A stretch of DNA of 63,992 bases, counting the filler, from Acidimicrobiia bacterium (GTDB taxonomy: Bacteria > Actinomycetota > Acidimicrobiia > Spongiisociales > JAENVV01): NCBI GenBank assembly GCA_041577335.1. It is 8 parts of 8 records of this genome, joined end to end, with 100 filler letters (N's around TTAATTAATTAA, not from the genome) between each part and the next. Parts side by side here need not be neighbours in the genome. Positions count along the whole stretch, not along the records: positions 37,439 to 46,007 come from JBFGJH010000093.1; positions 46,108 to 54,620 come from JBFGJH010000094.1; 6 more parts are not named here. One strand, given 5' to 3'. Shown one piece after another: positions 37,339 to 51,178 of this stretch. Within the stretch, counting starts at the first letter, position 1, and each line of letters starts with the position of its first letter. A program made the translations under genes and the position numbers. The notes beneath the pieces are model-generated. The model did not search any database, was not told the origin of the DNA, and saw nothing but the letters and a program-made list of their open reading frames with translations.

Positions 37339-37438
37339 NNNNNNNNNNNNNNNNNNNNNNNNNNNNNNNNNNNNNNNNNNNNTTAATTAATTAANNNNNN
37401 NNNNNNNNNNNNNNNNNNNNNNNNNNNNNNNNNNNNNN
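37339..37438. other. Artificial contig linker
   Basis: N44-TTAATTAATTAA-N44. Confidence 0.99.
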
Positions 37439-37648
37439 CACCTCGGGTTGCAGCTCGAACGAGTTCTGTCCCAATGACAATGTGAGTCGTGGGCAGATGG
37501 CGGCGTTTCTCGTACGGGCGCTTGGTCTCACCGATCAAGGGTCCAAGGATTTCGTTGATGACAACAACTCGGTCTTCGAGGCTGACATCGAGAAATTGGC
37601 GGCGGCCGGCATCACCTCGGGTTGCAGCTCGAACGAGTTCTGTCCCAA
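37439..37648 (+). repeat. Intragenic SLH repeat, 36-bp exact copies at 37439-37474 and 37613-37648 (period 174 nt)
   Basis: CACCTCGGGTTGCAGCTCGAACGAGTTCTGTCCCAA occurs twice. Confidence 0.9.
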
Positions 37649-39254
37649 CGACGATGTCACCCGCGGCCAGATGGCGGCTTTCCTGGCCCGAGCTTTCGAT
37701 CTTCCCAAAGAGATTCCTGACGGCTTCAGCCTCGCCGAGGAGGACCTGGCGCTCGTTGGGAGCTACTGGGTAGAGGAAGCCGACGAGAACGACCGGCCGG
37801 AGGTCGATCGTATGCAGTACTGGCCTCGTGCCTTCGACGAAGGCCTGGACATCGAGCCGGACGACAACAGCACCGACACCGTGGATAGCGCAGGACGCTA
37901 TGACGGATGGGATGTGCTGTCACCCTCGACGAAGTGGGAATACAAGAACCTGCCACCGAAGAGCGACTGGATGCACTTCACCCTGAACCGGGATGCCAGA
38001 GTGGCGGTGGTGTGGCGCGACGAGCTACCGCTTCCGAGTTGGTTGTCGGGCTGGACGGAAGGAGGCACGGTCGCCATCGACGACGATCTCGTGCCCGTGT
38101 ACGAGAAGGACTACTCGGCCGGGGAAGTGGTCCTGGGAAGCGTCGAGTACTCCGACGACTGGCGGGAGATGTATCTCATCCTGCTCGCTGAATCCGATGA
38201 GGAGCCCACGCCGACCCCGCCCGCTCCTGAGAACTTCACGATCCCCGTAGCGAACACGCTCTGCCCGTCGTGGGTCCACGGGCTCCACACAACCATCGGC
38301 CCCGACGGCGCCGAGTACGAGACCTGGCATCCACAGATCGACCCGGTGTATTGGTGCTACTTCGGGCACGACCACGGTTCAAACCCCGACCTCATCCCGG
38401 GCAGCCCCAAGGTCGCCTACGGGTACGTTGCCGACAAGCTCGACCAAGACGAGCCCAACGTCGGATTCAAGGAGTTCATCTTCAAGGACATGGACGATGA
38501 ACGGTGGGTGCGCTTCGTGATCCATGCCGGCACGCACAGTGTGCGGCGGGTATGCGCCCAGTTCCACACCCTCCATATCGAAGTCTATGACCTTGCCGGC
38601 GAGCAGCAATACTCGGCAGCATTCAAGGCCGACTACGGCGCCGCGTTCGCCACGAGCGATACCGGAAACGGAGTGCTCACTCCAACCAACTGCGGATACT
38701 CGATGCCGGGCCTGGCGGCGACGGTTTCGTCCCATCAGAATCGCGAAATCAACGTTGGCTCAGGATCCGACAACTACGAGCGGTGGGATTCCCGCGAAGA
38801 GACGGCCGCCACCTACAACCTCGGCATCTCTGCGTTCGACCACCAGTTCGATATCCGAGACCCGCAGTCGCACTGTCTGAGCGCGACGTGCAACAGCGTG
38901 GTGATCCGCGACCCGCTCGACGACAACGCCACTCGCAGAACGCTCGGCATGGCATCGTGGCGAGGGGATTTCACCTTCGACGCCGATCATGCACTGGGTT
39001 CCGGTGAGTACTTCACCGATCCGTTTGCCGAGGCGATCAGGACTGCCGGAGCCGCCGACGCCGTTCGCCAGTACGTCGCTCCCGCGTTTTCGCTCGAGTT
39101 CGCCAAGAACTCGACGTCTGACCGCATCGAGTGTTCGGCCGAAGAGCCGTGGATGTTCGAGTACACCTGTTACCAGATCGGCGGCAGCGGCAATCTGGAG
39201 CACCTGCCGAGCCCGCAAGACATGGCCATCGAGGATTCCATCTGGCGGAACTGA
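37439..39254 (+). CDS. SLH-domain surface protein with a large uncharacterised C-terminal region (5' truncated)
   Basis: Two SLH-type units (GITSGC..FCPNDxVTRGQMAAFL). Confidence 0.85.
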
Positions 39255-39316
39255 ACGGCGGCGCGTGAGCAACCGACGGATGACGGTCGGACCGCGACCG
39301 CCCCGGCAGGCATGGC

Positions 39317-39961
39317 CTAAGACACGAACTGCGCCAGGACGGTGGTGACCTCGTTGTCCTGTACTTGGGTGAAGTCGTCATAGAACCGGCCGACTGCTCC
39401 AAGGCTGATCGGAGCGTGCAGGGCGACCACTCGATGGGCGCGCCGGGACAACAAGAGGACGGCCTGGGCCGAGGCGACGGGCACCGCCACGACGATCTCG
39501 GCCGCATCCATGCACCGGACCACTTCTACAGCGGCAAGCATGGTTGAGCCGGTCGCCATCCCGTCGTCGCACACGATCACCGTCTTGTTCGCCAGGTCGA
39601 GAGGAAGCCGATTGCGCCGATAGGTGGCGACTCGCCGTTCGAGTTCGCGCCGCTCGGCGCGCTCAACACTGGCCAAGGCTCCGCCGGGAACCGGGTACTT
39701 GGCAAGGAGCTCATCGTTGAGAACGTGGACGTCTTTCTCGCCGATGGCCCCGACGGCCAGCTCGGGCTGGCCCGGGTATCCGAGTTTCCTGACCACCAGA
39801 ACATCGAGGGGTAGCTCGAGGCGATGAGCAATCTCAGCGGCGACCGGTATCCCGCCCCGGGGGAGGCCCAGCACGACAGCGTTGGGCCACTCGCGATCGG
39901 CCAGGGCCGCCGCTAGTTGGGCGCCCGCGTCCCCGCGGTCGACAAATCGTGTCCGCTTCAC
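39317..39961 (-). CDS. Phosphoribosyltransferase-like protein (Rv0571c/Rv2143 type)
   Basis: FVDRxDAG, LGLPRGG, VRKLG, DDGMATG, VAVPVA and VGRFY.DF. Confidence 0.88.
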   Translation of the reverse strand: MKRTRFVDRGDAGAQLAAALADREWPNAVVLGLPRGGIPVAAEIAHRLELPLDVLVVRKLGYPGQPELAVGAIGEKDVHVLNDELLAKYPVPGGALASVERAERRELERRVATYRRNRLPLDLANKTVIVCDDGMATGSTMLAAVEVVRCMDAAEIVVAVPVASAQAVLLLSRRAHRVVALHAPISLGAVGRFYDDFTQVQDNEVTTVLAQFVS

Positions 39962-39996
39962 TCCCTCAGCATGCCGTATCTCCTCTTCTCGAAAAA

Positions 39997-40010
39997 GGGG
40001 CTTTGGTCAC
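39997..40010. promoter_or_regulatory. DosR-like box GGGGC-TTTG-GTCAC upstream of the PRTase
   Basis: Resembles GGGAC-N4-GTCCC; about 35 nt upstream of the start. Confidence 0.45.
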
Positions 40011-40063
40011 CATTGCTTCACACACTCGACTGATGGCGGAGTACGGTTGGCTTGAGGGGAAGC

Positions 40064-41194
40064 ATGGAGCTCTGGTACCCGCAAGCGATTCGCAATCAGG
40101 CCGTCCGCGACGGCGGCTCCTACGTTTCCGGGCTGCCCTTCCGGGGTGTTCTTCACACGACGGAATCGAATGGGTTTTCACCACGGTCAGATTCGTATGG
40201 TGGTTGGCATACCTCCTACCCCCATTTCACCGCGATCGAGAAGAGCAGCGGTGTCGAGATCTACCAACATGTCGCCATCGACCGCGCGGCGCGAGCCCTT
40301 CGCAACCCGTCGGGTGGGGTGCAAACCAATCGTGCCCGTGCCATTCAGATCGAGATCGTTGGCAAGGCCAGCCAGTCCCCGGTGATGTCCGATCGGCTTC
40401 TCGCCGCACTCAGCCGCTGGATGCGATGGGTGGAGAGCCAGACGGGAATTCGCAGAACGAGTCCGATGTTCGACGACAACCGCGCATACGGGCTGGGCGG
40501 TTCCGTGCGAATGACCGGACCTGAATGGGAACGCTTTGACGGCTGGTGCGGCCACCAGCACGTCCCCGAGAACGATCATTGGGACCCGGGCCGCATCCCG
40601 ATCGAGCGGCTGTTGGGTGACGCCGTTCCTGCTCCCGTCGTTGCGCTCCCAGATGCGGGTGCGCGGTATCGCGTCATCGACGTGGCGGCTGATGACGTTC
40701 TCAATGTGCGGACCGATCCGGGTACCGGCAATCCCGTGATCGGATCGCTGGCTAGCAACGAATTGAGGGTCATGACCACGGGCGCCACCGAAGATGTCGG
40801 CCGATCGCGTTGGGTGGAGCTATCGACGCCCGTGACAGGTTGGGTCAACGCCAAGTTCTTGGCGCCCGTCGAGCTGCGTCCGTCGTTGCAAACTGAGCAG
40901 CGTGTGATCAACGTCGGAGTATCTGACCGTCTGAACGTGCGCGCCGGACCAGGGATCGATTATGCGATCGTGGGAAGCCTCGAACCTGGCCAGACCGGGG
41001 TGGCGCCGAGCGGGGCGGTCATCCTCGTGGGTATGGCCGACTGGTATGAGCTCGACAACCCCGTGGCTGGGTGGGCTCACAGCCGGTATCTGGAATCTGC
41101 TCTCGGGCAACGGCGGTCGATGGAACCCGAAATGGTCGCGGTCCCGGAGAGCGATCAATACACGCACGGGGCACTCGACGAACTGGAAACCTGA
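40064..41194 (+). CDS. N-acetylmuramoyl-L-alanine amidase-like (Amidase_2) protein with two C-terminal SH3b domains
   Basis: VLHTTE, YPHF, IQIEIVG, GHQHVPENDHWDPG; two LNVRxxPG...GW repeats. Confidence 0.8.
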   Translation: MELWYPQAIRNQAVRDGGSYVSGLPFRGVLHTTESNGFSPRSDSYGGWHTSYPHFTAIEKSSGVEIYQHVAIDRAARALRNPSGGVQTNRARAIQIEIVGKASQSPVMSDRLLAALSRWMRWVESQTGIRRTSPMFDDNRAYGLGGSVRMTGPEWERFDGWCGHQHVPENDHWDPGRIPIERLLGDAVPAPVVALPDAGARYRVIDVAADDVLNVRTDPGTGNPVIGSLASNELRVMTTGATEDVGRSRWVELSTPVTGWVNAKFLAPVELRPSLQTEQRVINVGVSDRLNVRAGPGIDYAIVGSLEPGQTGVAPSGAVILVGMADWYELDNPVAGWAHSRYLESALGQRRSMEPEMVAVPESDQYTHGALDELET

Positions 41195-41212
41195 GCTACC
41201 AGCGCCGACTGC

Positions 41213-42210
41213 TCAACCAGCGTATGTCGTCAGGGCCTTCATGTAGTTGTGGCGCTCGAAAGCTGATGGATCAGGGGCATTGATCTGACTCATCGACCCC
41301 CGCATCTGATCGACCGAGGTGTACTCGTGTTCAGCCATCCATTCACGCAGTTCGTCCACGATGGTGGTGAGGTGGCCTGGTCCGTGCTGCAACAGCGAAG
41401 CTGTCGTCATGGTGACATCGGCACCTGCCATGAGGAGCTTCACGGCATCGACGCCGGAATGGACGCCGGAGGTGGCTGCCAACTGGGCGTCGATGCGTCC
41501 GAACAGCGTGGCGATCCACCGCAACGGCAGACGTAGGTCGGCGGAATCCGACAAGTTCAAGTTCGGCTCCACCGACAGTTCATCAGGATCGATGTCCGGC
41601 TGGTAGAACCGGTTGAACAAGACGAGCGCATCGGCCCCGGCGGCCGCCAGCCGGTGCGCCATGTGGGCGAATGAACTGAAGAACGGTCCCACCTTCACGG
41701 CCAACGGAATCGATATTGATGTCTTGACCGACTCGACGAGCTCGACGTAGCGGTTTTCCACGGCCGCGGCCGGTTCGGTTGGGTCGGCGGCCACGAAATA
41801 GACGTTCAGCTCGAGGGCATGGGCCCCGGCATCCTCGATACGCGTGGCGTATCGAGTCCACCCGCCCGGGGTTGCGCCATTGAGGCTGCCGATTACGGGG
41901 ACGCTCAGGAGGTTGCGGGCCTCGGTGATGAGGCTGAGGTAATCGTCGGGACCCGTGTTGTAATCGTCGAGGGATGGGAAGTATCCCTCAGCCGATTCGG
42001 CGAAGCCCCCAGCGGTCGACTCGAGCAACTGCGCGTACTGAGCGGCTTCGTGTTCGATCTGTTCCTCGAACAACGACGGAAGCACAACCGCTGCCGCTCC
42101 GGCGGCCTCGAGTTGGCGCAACGTGTCGGGGCTACCGGTGAGCGGAGAGGATGACGCGACGAGCGGATGCTCGAGGTGGGCCCCCAGATAGGTGGTTGAG
42201 AGGTCGACGG

Positions 42211-42214
<4 letters not shown>
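41213..42214 (-). CDS. Dihydroorotate dehydrogenase-like FMN protein (nifJ-associated)
   Basis: DLSTTYLG, VLPSLFEEQI, LAVK, LVLFNRFYQPDID and ATSGVH. Confidence 0.9.
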
Positions 42215-45819
<3,605 letters not shown>

Positions 45820-45879
45820 CGGCTTATCTCCGTACGGTCGGGTAGGCCTCATCGTTCCCAGATGCAGCCCACCAGGTAA

Positions 45880-45915
45880 GGGCCGGTGGTCCCACGGCAA
45901 GGGGCCACTAGTACC
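45880..45915. promoter_or_regulatory. Tandem DosR-like boxes upstream of nifJ
   Basis: Minus strand GGGAC-CACC-GGCCC (45880-45893) and GGTAC-TAGT-GGCCC (45902-45915), centres 22 bp apart. Confidence 0.6.
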
Positions 45916-46007
45916 CGATCCGATCAGCATCCGATCGGGCTGCGCTCCAGCATCTCCGAGTGCTTTGCCCGTTGCGAGCGGCCGATTGGCCGCGCTCCGA
46001 GCGTTGG

Positions 46008-46107
46008 NNNNNNNNNNNNNNNNNNNNNNNNNNNNNNNNNNNNNNNNNNNNTTAATTAATTAANNNNNNNNNNNNNNNNNNNNNNNNNNNNNNNNNNNNN
46101 NNNNNNN
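46008..46107. other. Artificial contig linker
   Basis: N44-TTAATTAATTAA-N44. Confidence 0.99.
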
Positions 46108-46386
46108 CAGGTCGACGCCGTCCATGGCTGCGCTGATCTCGTCGGAGATGCTGGCGTACACGGCGGCTTCCTCCGGGTTGTCCGGACGCGTCATCCAACG
46201 GATCGTCGTAGCGTCGTCCATCGGTTCTTCGTCGGTCGGTTCCGGCTCTGGCTCCGGCTCGGGGGCGGCGGTCGTGGTCGTCTCCGCCGGAGTGGTCGTC
46301 TCGGTCTCGGCTTCGCCGCCGTCGCCGCACGCAGCAGCAACGAGGGTGAGCACGACCAAGAGCGCAAATAGCTTCTTGAGCTTCAT
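46108..46386 (-). CDS. Sugar ABC substrate-binding lipoprotein, N-terminal part
   Basis: MKLKKLF...AAAC lipobox, T/PE-rich linker, TIRWM. Confidence 0.75.
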
Positions 46387-46499
46387 CGTTTTCGCTTTCG
46401 TTCATCGAGCACCGATCGTGCTCTCCACCAAACCCCGATCGGGGTCGGCGCCACTCTATCGATCCCCGGCGGCTTATGTGCGGGGCCCCGGAGGTTCTC

Positions 46500-48431
46500 T
46501 TACGGGAACCGGAGTGAGAATCCGCCGTACGCGTCCATCATGACCTCCATTCCCGGGGCCTCGACCGGGGTCGTTGCAATGCGACGCGGACCTGAGTCGA
46601 AGAATCCGGTCCCGGTGGCGCCGCCCACGAAGTCGAGATCAAGGGTTACCGTCATCGGCCGGTCGGTCCCGTTGATGCCGCTGATCCACCATCCGTCGCC
46701 GTGCCGGCGGGCGATCACGACATACTCACCCGGGTACCCCTCGACAAATCGGGTCTCGTCCCAGACCACCGGCACATCCCGCAGATACTCACGCACGGCG
46801 GGAGCCTGGAGCCGATAGGTGACGGTCGAATCCGCGAAATGCTGGAGTCCACTCTCGAACACCACGGCCAAAGCCAGCTCATGGGCGTTGGTCGTGACGT
46901 GGGGAAAGACGTTGTCCGAGAAGGTGACGGGGGTGTAGTCCATTGATCCGACGGCATTGCGGGTGAACGGGAGGATCGTGTTCAGCCACGGCGCAGCCGA
47001 CGGAAAATCGGCGTCGAACGAATATTGCTCGGCGCCCCGGACACCCTCCATGGTCATGATGTTCGGGTACGCGACCTCCCAGCCACGCGGGATGGTCGAA
47101 CCGTGATAGTTCACCATCAGCCCGGCGTCGTACGCATCAGCCGCCAACGCCAGGTATCGACCGACCGACTCTTGCTTGTCGCTGTGCCAGAAATCGACTT
47201 TGATCCCGGCCACGCCCCACTCGGCCAGTTTCGCCAGCTCTGCCTTCCGAACCTCGGGATCGAACATGGCGTCGCGCGGCTGCTCGGTGACCTCATTGTT
47301 GGGCCCGCCCGAGTTGTACCAGAGGAACACCCCTACCCCCTGGCCATTGGCGTAATCGATCAAATCCCGTAAGGCGGCTTCGTCATTCAGGTTCCAATTG
47401 GCGTCGATGAGCGTGTGTTCCCAGCCGGCTTCGACTCCGTATTCGATATAGACGCGAAGGGCATCGAGGTTCTTGGGGCTGTCGTGGTCCGACCACCAGC
47501 TCCAAGAAACCTTGCCCGGTCGGATCCAATCGGCGTCCGGTCGGTCGTGCCGGGCGAGGAGGCGGACCAGGTTGCTCTCGATGACCGTGTCGAGCCCGCC
47601 GATGACGAACACCCGCCACGGCATCGTCCAGGAGCCGGCGTGGCTGGGTTGCGGGTCCCCCACGCTCATCCCCTCCCGGGGCTGCGGCATCACCCAGCGG
47701 TAGGTGCCATCGTCGGGCTCGATATGGCCGCCAAAGTACGAGGAGTCGAGATCCGACTCGGCCAGCAAGACCCAATCGGATCCGGCTTCGAACAAGGCGG
47801 GCAAATTCCATGAGGGAACCGGCGCCGAGTGGCCGATCGGGACCCCGTTCGAGTACAGGCTTTCGTAAGCAGGCGTGAACTCGCCCGCCAGGTCGGTCTT
47901 CTGGATCCAGGCCTTGCCGCCCCCCGGAAACCCGATTGTGGTTCCTTCCCGGGTCACGGTTCGGCGATCCTCACCGTCCGGGAGCCTGTATCGAAATGCG
48001 ATACCATCGTCGTAGGCTCGGATCACGACGTCCATCTCGTGCCCATCACCGTTCTCGAATGCGACCGTCAACTCGTTCGCCTGGGCCTCGGCCTGACGTG
48101 CTTTGCCGTGCGGTAGCGAAAAGGCGGAGGTCACGGATATCGTCCGTGCCCCGCGGAAAGCAAGATCGTCCGTCAGTCCGCCCGCGTCGAGCGCCAGTCC
48201 CAGGTCGCCGGCCACGATGGCGGCCACGCCCCGCTTCAGCTGGTACGTGAGACGGCCGTCGGTGAGCGCCACCGCGGCCCCGAGTTCGCCTGCTGGTGCA
48301 GTGACGGTCCACTCCATTGTTGCTCCTGATCTGCTCGGGTCGGCGGGTGTACAGGCGAACAGAGCCAGGGCCACACCGGCAGCCAACCGCCACCACCGGC
48401 CCTGCCGCGACAGGGGCGTGACTGAAACCAT
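46500..48431 (-). CDS. Glycoside hydrolase family 97 lipoprotein (retaining type, alpha-galactosidase/glucosidase)
   Basis: RAYDDGIAFRY, WIRPGKVSWSWW, IDANW, GIKVDF, EGVRGAE, PFTRNAVGSMDYTP and WDETR. Confidence 0.9.
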   Translation of the reverse strand: MVSVTPLSRQGRWWRLAAGVALALFACTPADPSRSGATMEWTVTAPAGELGAAVALTDGRLTYQLKRGVAAIVAGDLGLALDAGGLTDDLAFRGARTISVTSAFSLPHGKARQAEAQANELTVAFENGDGHEMDVVIRAYDDGIAFRYRLPDGEDRRTVTREGTTIGFPGGGKAWIQKTDLAGEFTPAYESLYSNGVPIGHSAPVPSWNLPALFEAGSDWVLLAESDLDSSYFGGHIEPDDGTYRWVMPQPREGMSVGDPQPSHAGSWTMPWRVFVIGGLDTVIESNLVRLLARHDRPDADWIRPGKVSWSWWSDHDSPKNLDALRVYIEYGVEAGWEHTLIDANWNLNDEAALRDLIDYANGQGVGVFLWYNSGGPNNEVTEQPRDAMFDPEVRKAELAKLAEWGVAGIKVDFWHSDKQESVGRYLALAADAYDAGLMVNYHGSTIPRGWEVAYPNIMTMEGVRGAEQYSFDADFPSAAPWLNTILPFTRNAVGSMDYTPVTFSDNVFPHVTTNAHELALAVVFESGLQHFADSTVTYRLQAPAVREYLRDVPVVWDETRFVEGYPGEYVVIARRHGDGWWISGINGTDRPMTVTLDLDFVGGATGTGFFDSGPRRIATTPVEAPGMEVMMDAYGGFSLRFP

Positions 48432-48438
48432 TCGCAAT

Positions 48439-48448
48439 CTTTCGAAAG
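48439..48448. promoter_or_regulatory. Palindrome CTTTCGAAAG, candidate DeoR-regulator site
   Basis: Lies in the short divergent GH97/DeoR promoter region. Confidence 0.4.
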
Positions 48449-48503
48449 TTATCGTAAGCTCCCCTGGGATGCAATCAAAACCGCTGCGGAGAAGCTAGGG
48501 CTC

Positions 48504-49286
48504 ATGGGGCAGGAACAACTGGTGCCGACCGAGATCCGGCGAGAGCGAATCGCATCGCTCGTCCAGTCGCAACCCTTCGTCCGCGTCGATTACCTCTCCG
48601 AAGAGTTCGGCATCAGCGAGGTCACGGTGAGGTCAGACCTGGCAGAGCTCGAGCGAGCGGGAGCGATTCGCAGAGTCCGGGGAGGGGCGGCCCCGGCGGC
48701 ATTCGAGCGCTCGTTTGAAGAAAGCCTGACGGAGCTGAGTGCCGAGAAAGCCAGGATCGGCAGGGCGGCCGCCGATTTGGTGAAGAGCGGGCACAAGGTC
48801 ATGCTCGACGTGGGAACAACGTCGAGCGCGCTGGCCGAGGCTCTCGTTGCCCGGTCCGAGCTCTCCGAGGTCGTGGCCATCACCAACGGCATGAACACCG
48901 CCCTGCGGCTGGAGCCGGCGATTCCCCGATTCACAGTGCTGGTGACCGGCGGGACGCTGCGTCCGCTGCAGCATTCACTGGTCGACCCGCTGGGCGGCGT
49001 GATGCTCGACCAGCTTCAGGCCGACGTGTGTTTCATCGGGTGCAACGGCGTCTCGTCCGAGTCCGGCGTGACCAATGCCAACATCGCCGAGGCCGCGATC
49101 AAGCAACGCATGATCGCCGGGGCACAGAAGACCGTCGTCCTGGCGGACAGCACCAAGATCGGGCAAACGAGCGCGGCCCTCATCGCCGGCCTCGATTCCG
49201 TCGACACGCTCATCACGAATGAGGACGCCGATACCGGCGCCCTACGCCAGATCGAGGCAGCAGGCGTGGAGGTGATCCGGGTATGA
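48504..49286 (+). CDS. DeoR/GlpR family transcriptional regulator
   Basis: SEVTVRSDL HTH, LDVGTT, TGG and DSTKIG. Confidence 0.93.
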   Translation: MGQEQLVPTEIRRERIASLVQSQPFVRVDYLSEEFGISEVTVRSDLAELERAGAIRRVRGGAAPAAFERSFEESLTELSAEKARIGRAAADLVKSGHKVMLDVGTTSSALAEALVARSELSEVVAITNGMNTALRLEPAIPRFTVLVTGGTLRPLQHSLVDPLGGVMLDQLQADVCFIGCNGVSSESGVTNANIAEAAIKQRMIAGAQKTVVLADSTKIGQTSAALIAGLDSVDTLITNEDADTGALRQIEAAGVEVIRV

Positions 49287-50239
49287 CCGCCCCTGCCATC
49301 GAGCCGACGGTCATCGACGCCCCGCGCCGGCGGCGGAAGATCAGCGCCGATCGCTCCACGCCCGGTGTCGCTTTCTGGTTCCTCCTGCCCAGCCTCATCG
49401 GATTCCTCACGTTCTACTTATACCCCACCATCCGCGGCTTCTACCTGAGCCTGACCGATTGGAATCTGGTATCCAACAGCGGCGAGTACATCGGCTTCGA
49501 GAACTACGCGAAACTCGTCGAGGATCCGCTCGTCACCAACGCCATCAAGGTGACGCTCCTCTACGTCGTCCTGAACATCGGCATCCAGACCGTGCTCGCC
49601 ACCGGGATCGCCGTCATGCTCGACCGCCTCATCAAGAGCACGCTCGTGAAGGCGATTGTGGTGCTCCCCTGGCTGATCCCCAACGTCATCGTTGCGCTTC
49701 TCTGGATGTGGATGCTCGACCGCAACCTGGGGGCCGTCAACCTGATCCTCGGCTGGATCGACGTCGGCCCATTCGCGTTCCTGGGAGACCCGGATCTGGT
49801 CATCCCATCGCTGGCGGGCATCAACGTGTGGCGACACATGGGTTACACCGCATTGCTGATCTTCGCCGGACTTCAAACCATCCCGGGATCCCTATACGAA
49901 GCGGCGGCCGTCGACGGGGCCACGGAATGGAAGATGTTCCGCAAGATCACCCTGCCCCTGCTCCGTCCGATCATGGCCCTGGTCCTCGTTATCACGGTGC
50001 TGGGTTCGTTCCAGGTCTTCGACACGGTCATCACTGCCACCGGCGGATTCGCCAGCCGGCCCGGCGGGCCCATCAACGCCAGCCGGGTGATCTACCTCTA
50101 CATCTACGAGCTGGCGTTCCAACGGTTCCAAATGGGTTACGCCGCCACAGTGGCGGTGGCCTTGTTCGCGATTCTGCTCGTCGTCACCATCATCCAGTTC
50201 CGCATCTTGCGCGCCAACGAATCGGACCTCGCCGCATGA
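49283..50239 (+). CDS. Carbohydrate ABC permease
   Basis: IGFENY, EAA loop LYEAAAVDGA, FQVFD. Confidence 0.93.
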   Translation: MTAPAIEPTVIDAPRRRRKISADRSTPGVAFWFLLPSLIGFLTFYLYPTIRGFYLSLTDWNLVSNSGEYIGFENYAKLVEDPLVTNAIKVTLLYVVLNIGIQTVLATGIAVMLDRLIKSTLVKAIVVLPWLIPNVIVALLWMWMLDRNLGAVNLILGWIDVGPFAFLGDPDLVIPSLAGINVWRHMGYTALLIFAGLQTIPGSLYEAAAVDGATEWKMFRKITLPLLRPIMALVLVITVLGSFQVFDTVITATGGFASRPGGPINASRVIYLYIYELAFQRFQMGYAATVAVALFAILLVVTIIQFRILRANESDLAA

Positions 50240-51153
50240 CCACCGAGGTAGTCCACGAACACGCCGACGTCCGCAGCCTGGCCGGTCACTCTCGCCGGCC
50301 AAGGATCGGGCGGGGCCTGGCCTGGCTGATGCTCGGTGTGCTGCTGATCGTGTCCTTGTTTCCGTTTTACTGGGCTTTTCGGACCGCAATCAGCGACAAC
50401 GGTCTGCTTCTGTCGGGGGAACAGACCATGGCGCCGATCGGACCGACCACCTTCAACTTCGAACGCGTGCTCGGCCTCGAACCACTCGCCTCCGGTGGCA
50501 CCGCGACGTTCGACTTCTGGCAGATCCTGTTCAACACGGTCCTCGTCGCCACGTTCATCACCATCGGCCAGGTGTGGTTCTCGGCTATGGCCGCCTACGC
50601 ATTCGCTCGCTTGAAGTGGAAGGGACGAGACAGCGTCTTCTACATATACCTGAGTGGTCTGATGATTCCACCGATCATCACGCTGATCCCGAACTTCATC
50701 CTGATCCGCAACCTCGACCTGATCAATACTTACACGGGGATCATTCTCCCGTTCTTTCTCATGACCCCGTTTGCGGTGTTTTTCTTACGGCAGTTCTTCC
50801 TCGGCATCAACCGCAACATCGAAGAAGCCGCCTTCATCGACGGCGCCGGGCACTTCGCGGTCTTCTTCCGGGTGATACTGCCGATGGCGGCTGCTCCCAT
50901 GTTCACGCTGGGGATTCTCACGTACATCACGGCGTGGAACGAATTCCTGTGGCCCCTGGTCGTCGGGCGGGAGGAGACCAAGCGGGTCTTCACCGTCGCC
51001 CTCAACATTTTCACATCCCAACTCCCGGGATCGAGCCCGGACTGGACCGGCCTGATGGCAGCAGCGATGCTGTCGGCGGCGCCGGTCATTGCGCTGTTTC
51101 TCATCTTCGGGCGTCGGGTTGTGGATTCAATTCAGTTCTCGGGCATCAAGTGA
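50236..51153 (+). CDS. Carbohydrate ABC permease
   Basis: ATGA overlap; AYAFARL, IEEAAFIDGA and WNEFLWP. Confidence 0.92.
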   Translation: MTTEVVHEHADVRSLAGHSRRPRIGRGLAWLMLGVLLIVSLFPFYWAFRTAISDNGLLLSGEQTMAPIGPTTFNFERVLGLEPLASGGTATFDFWQILFNTVLVATFITIGQVWFSAMAAYAFARLKWKGRDSVFYIYLSGLMIPPIITLIPNFILIRNLDLINTYTGIILPFFLMTPFAVFFLRQFFLGINRNIEEAAFIDGAGHFAVFFRVILPMAAAPMFTLGILTYITAWNEFLWPLVVGREETKRVFTVALNIFTSQLPGSSPDWTGLMAAAMLSAAPVIALFLIFGRRVVDSIQFSGIK

Positions 51154-51178
51154 TCCGAGAGAGGAGGAATAAAAGGAA

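Noticed and set aside
37439..37648. 36-bp direct repeat as a CRISPR array
   Set aside because: Only two copies, in frame, 174 nt apart, encoding SLH domains; no cas genes.
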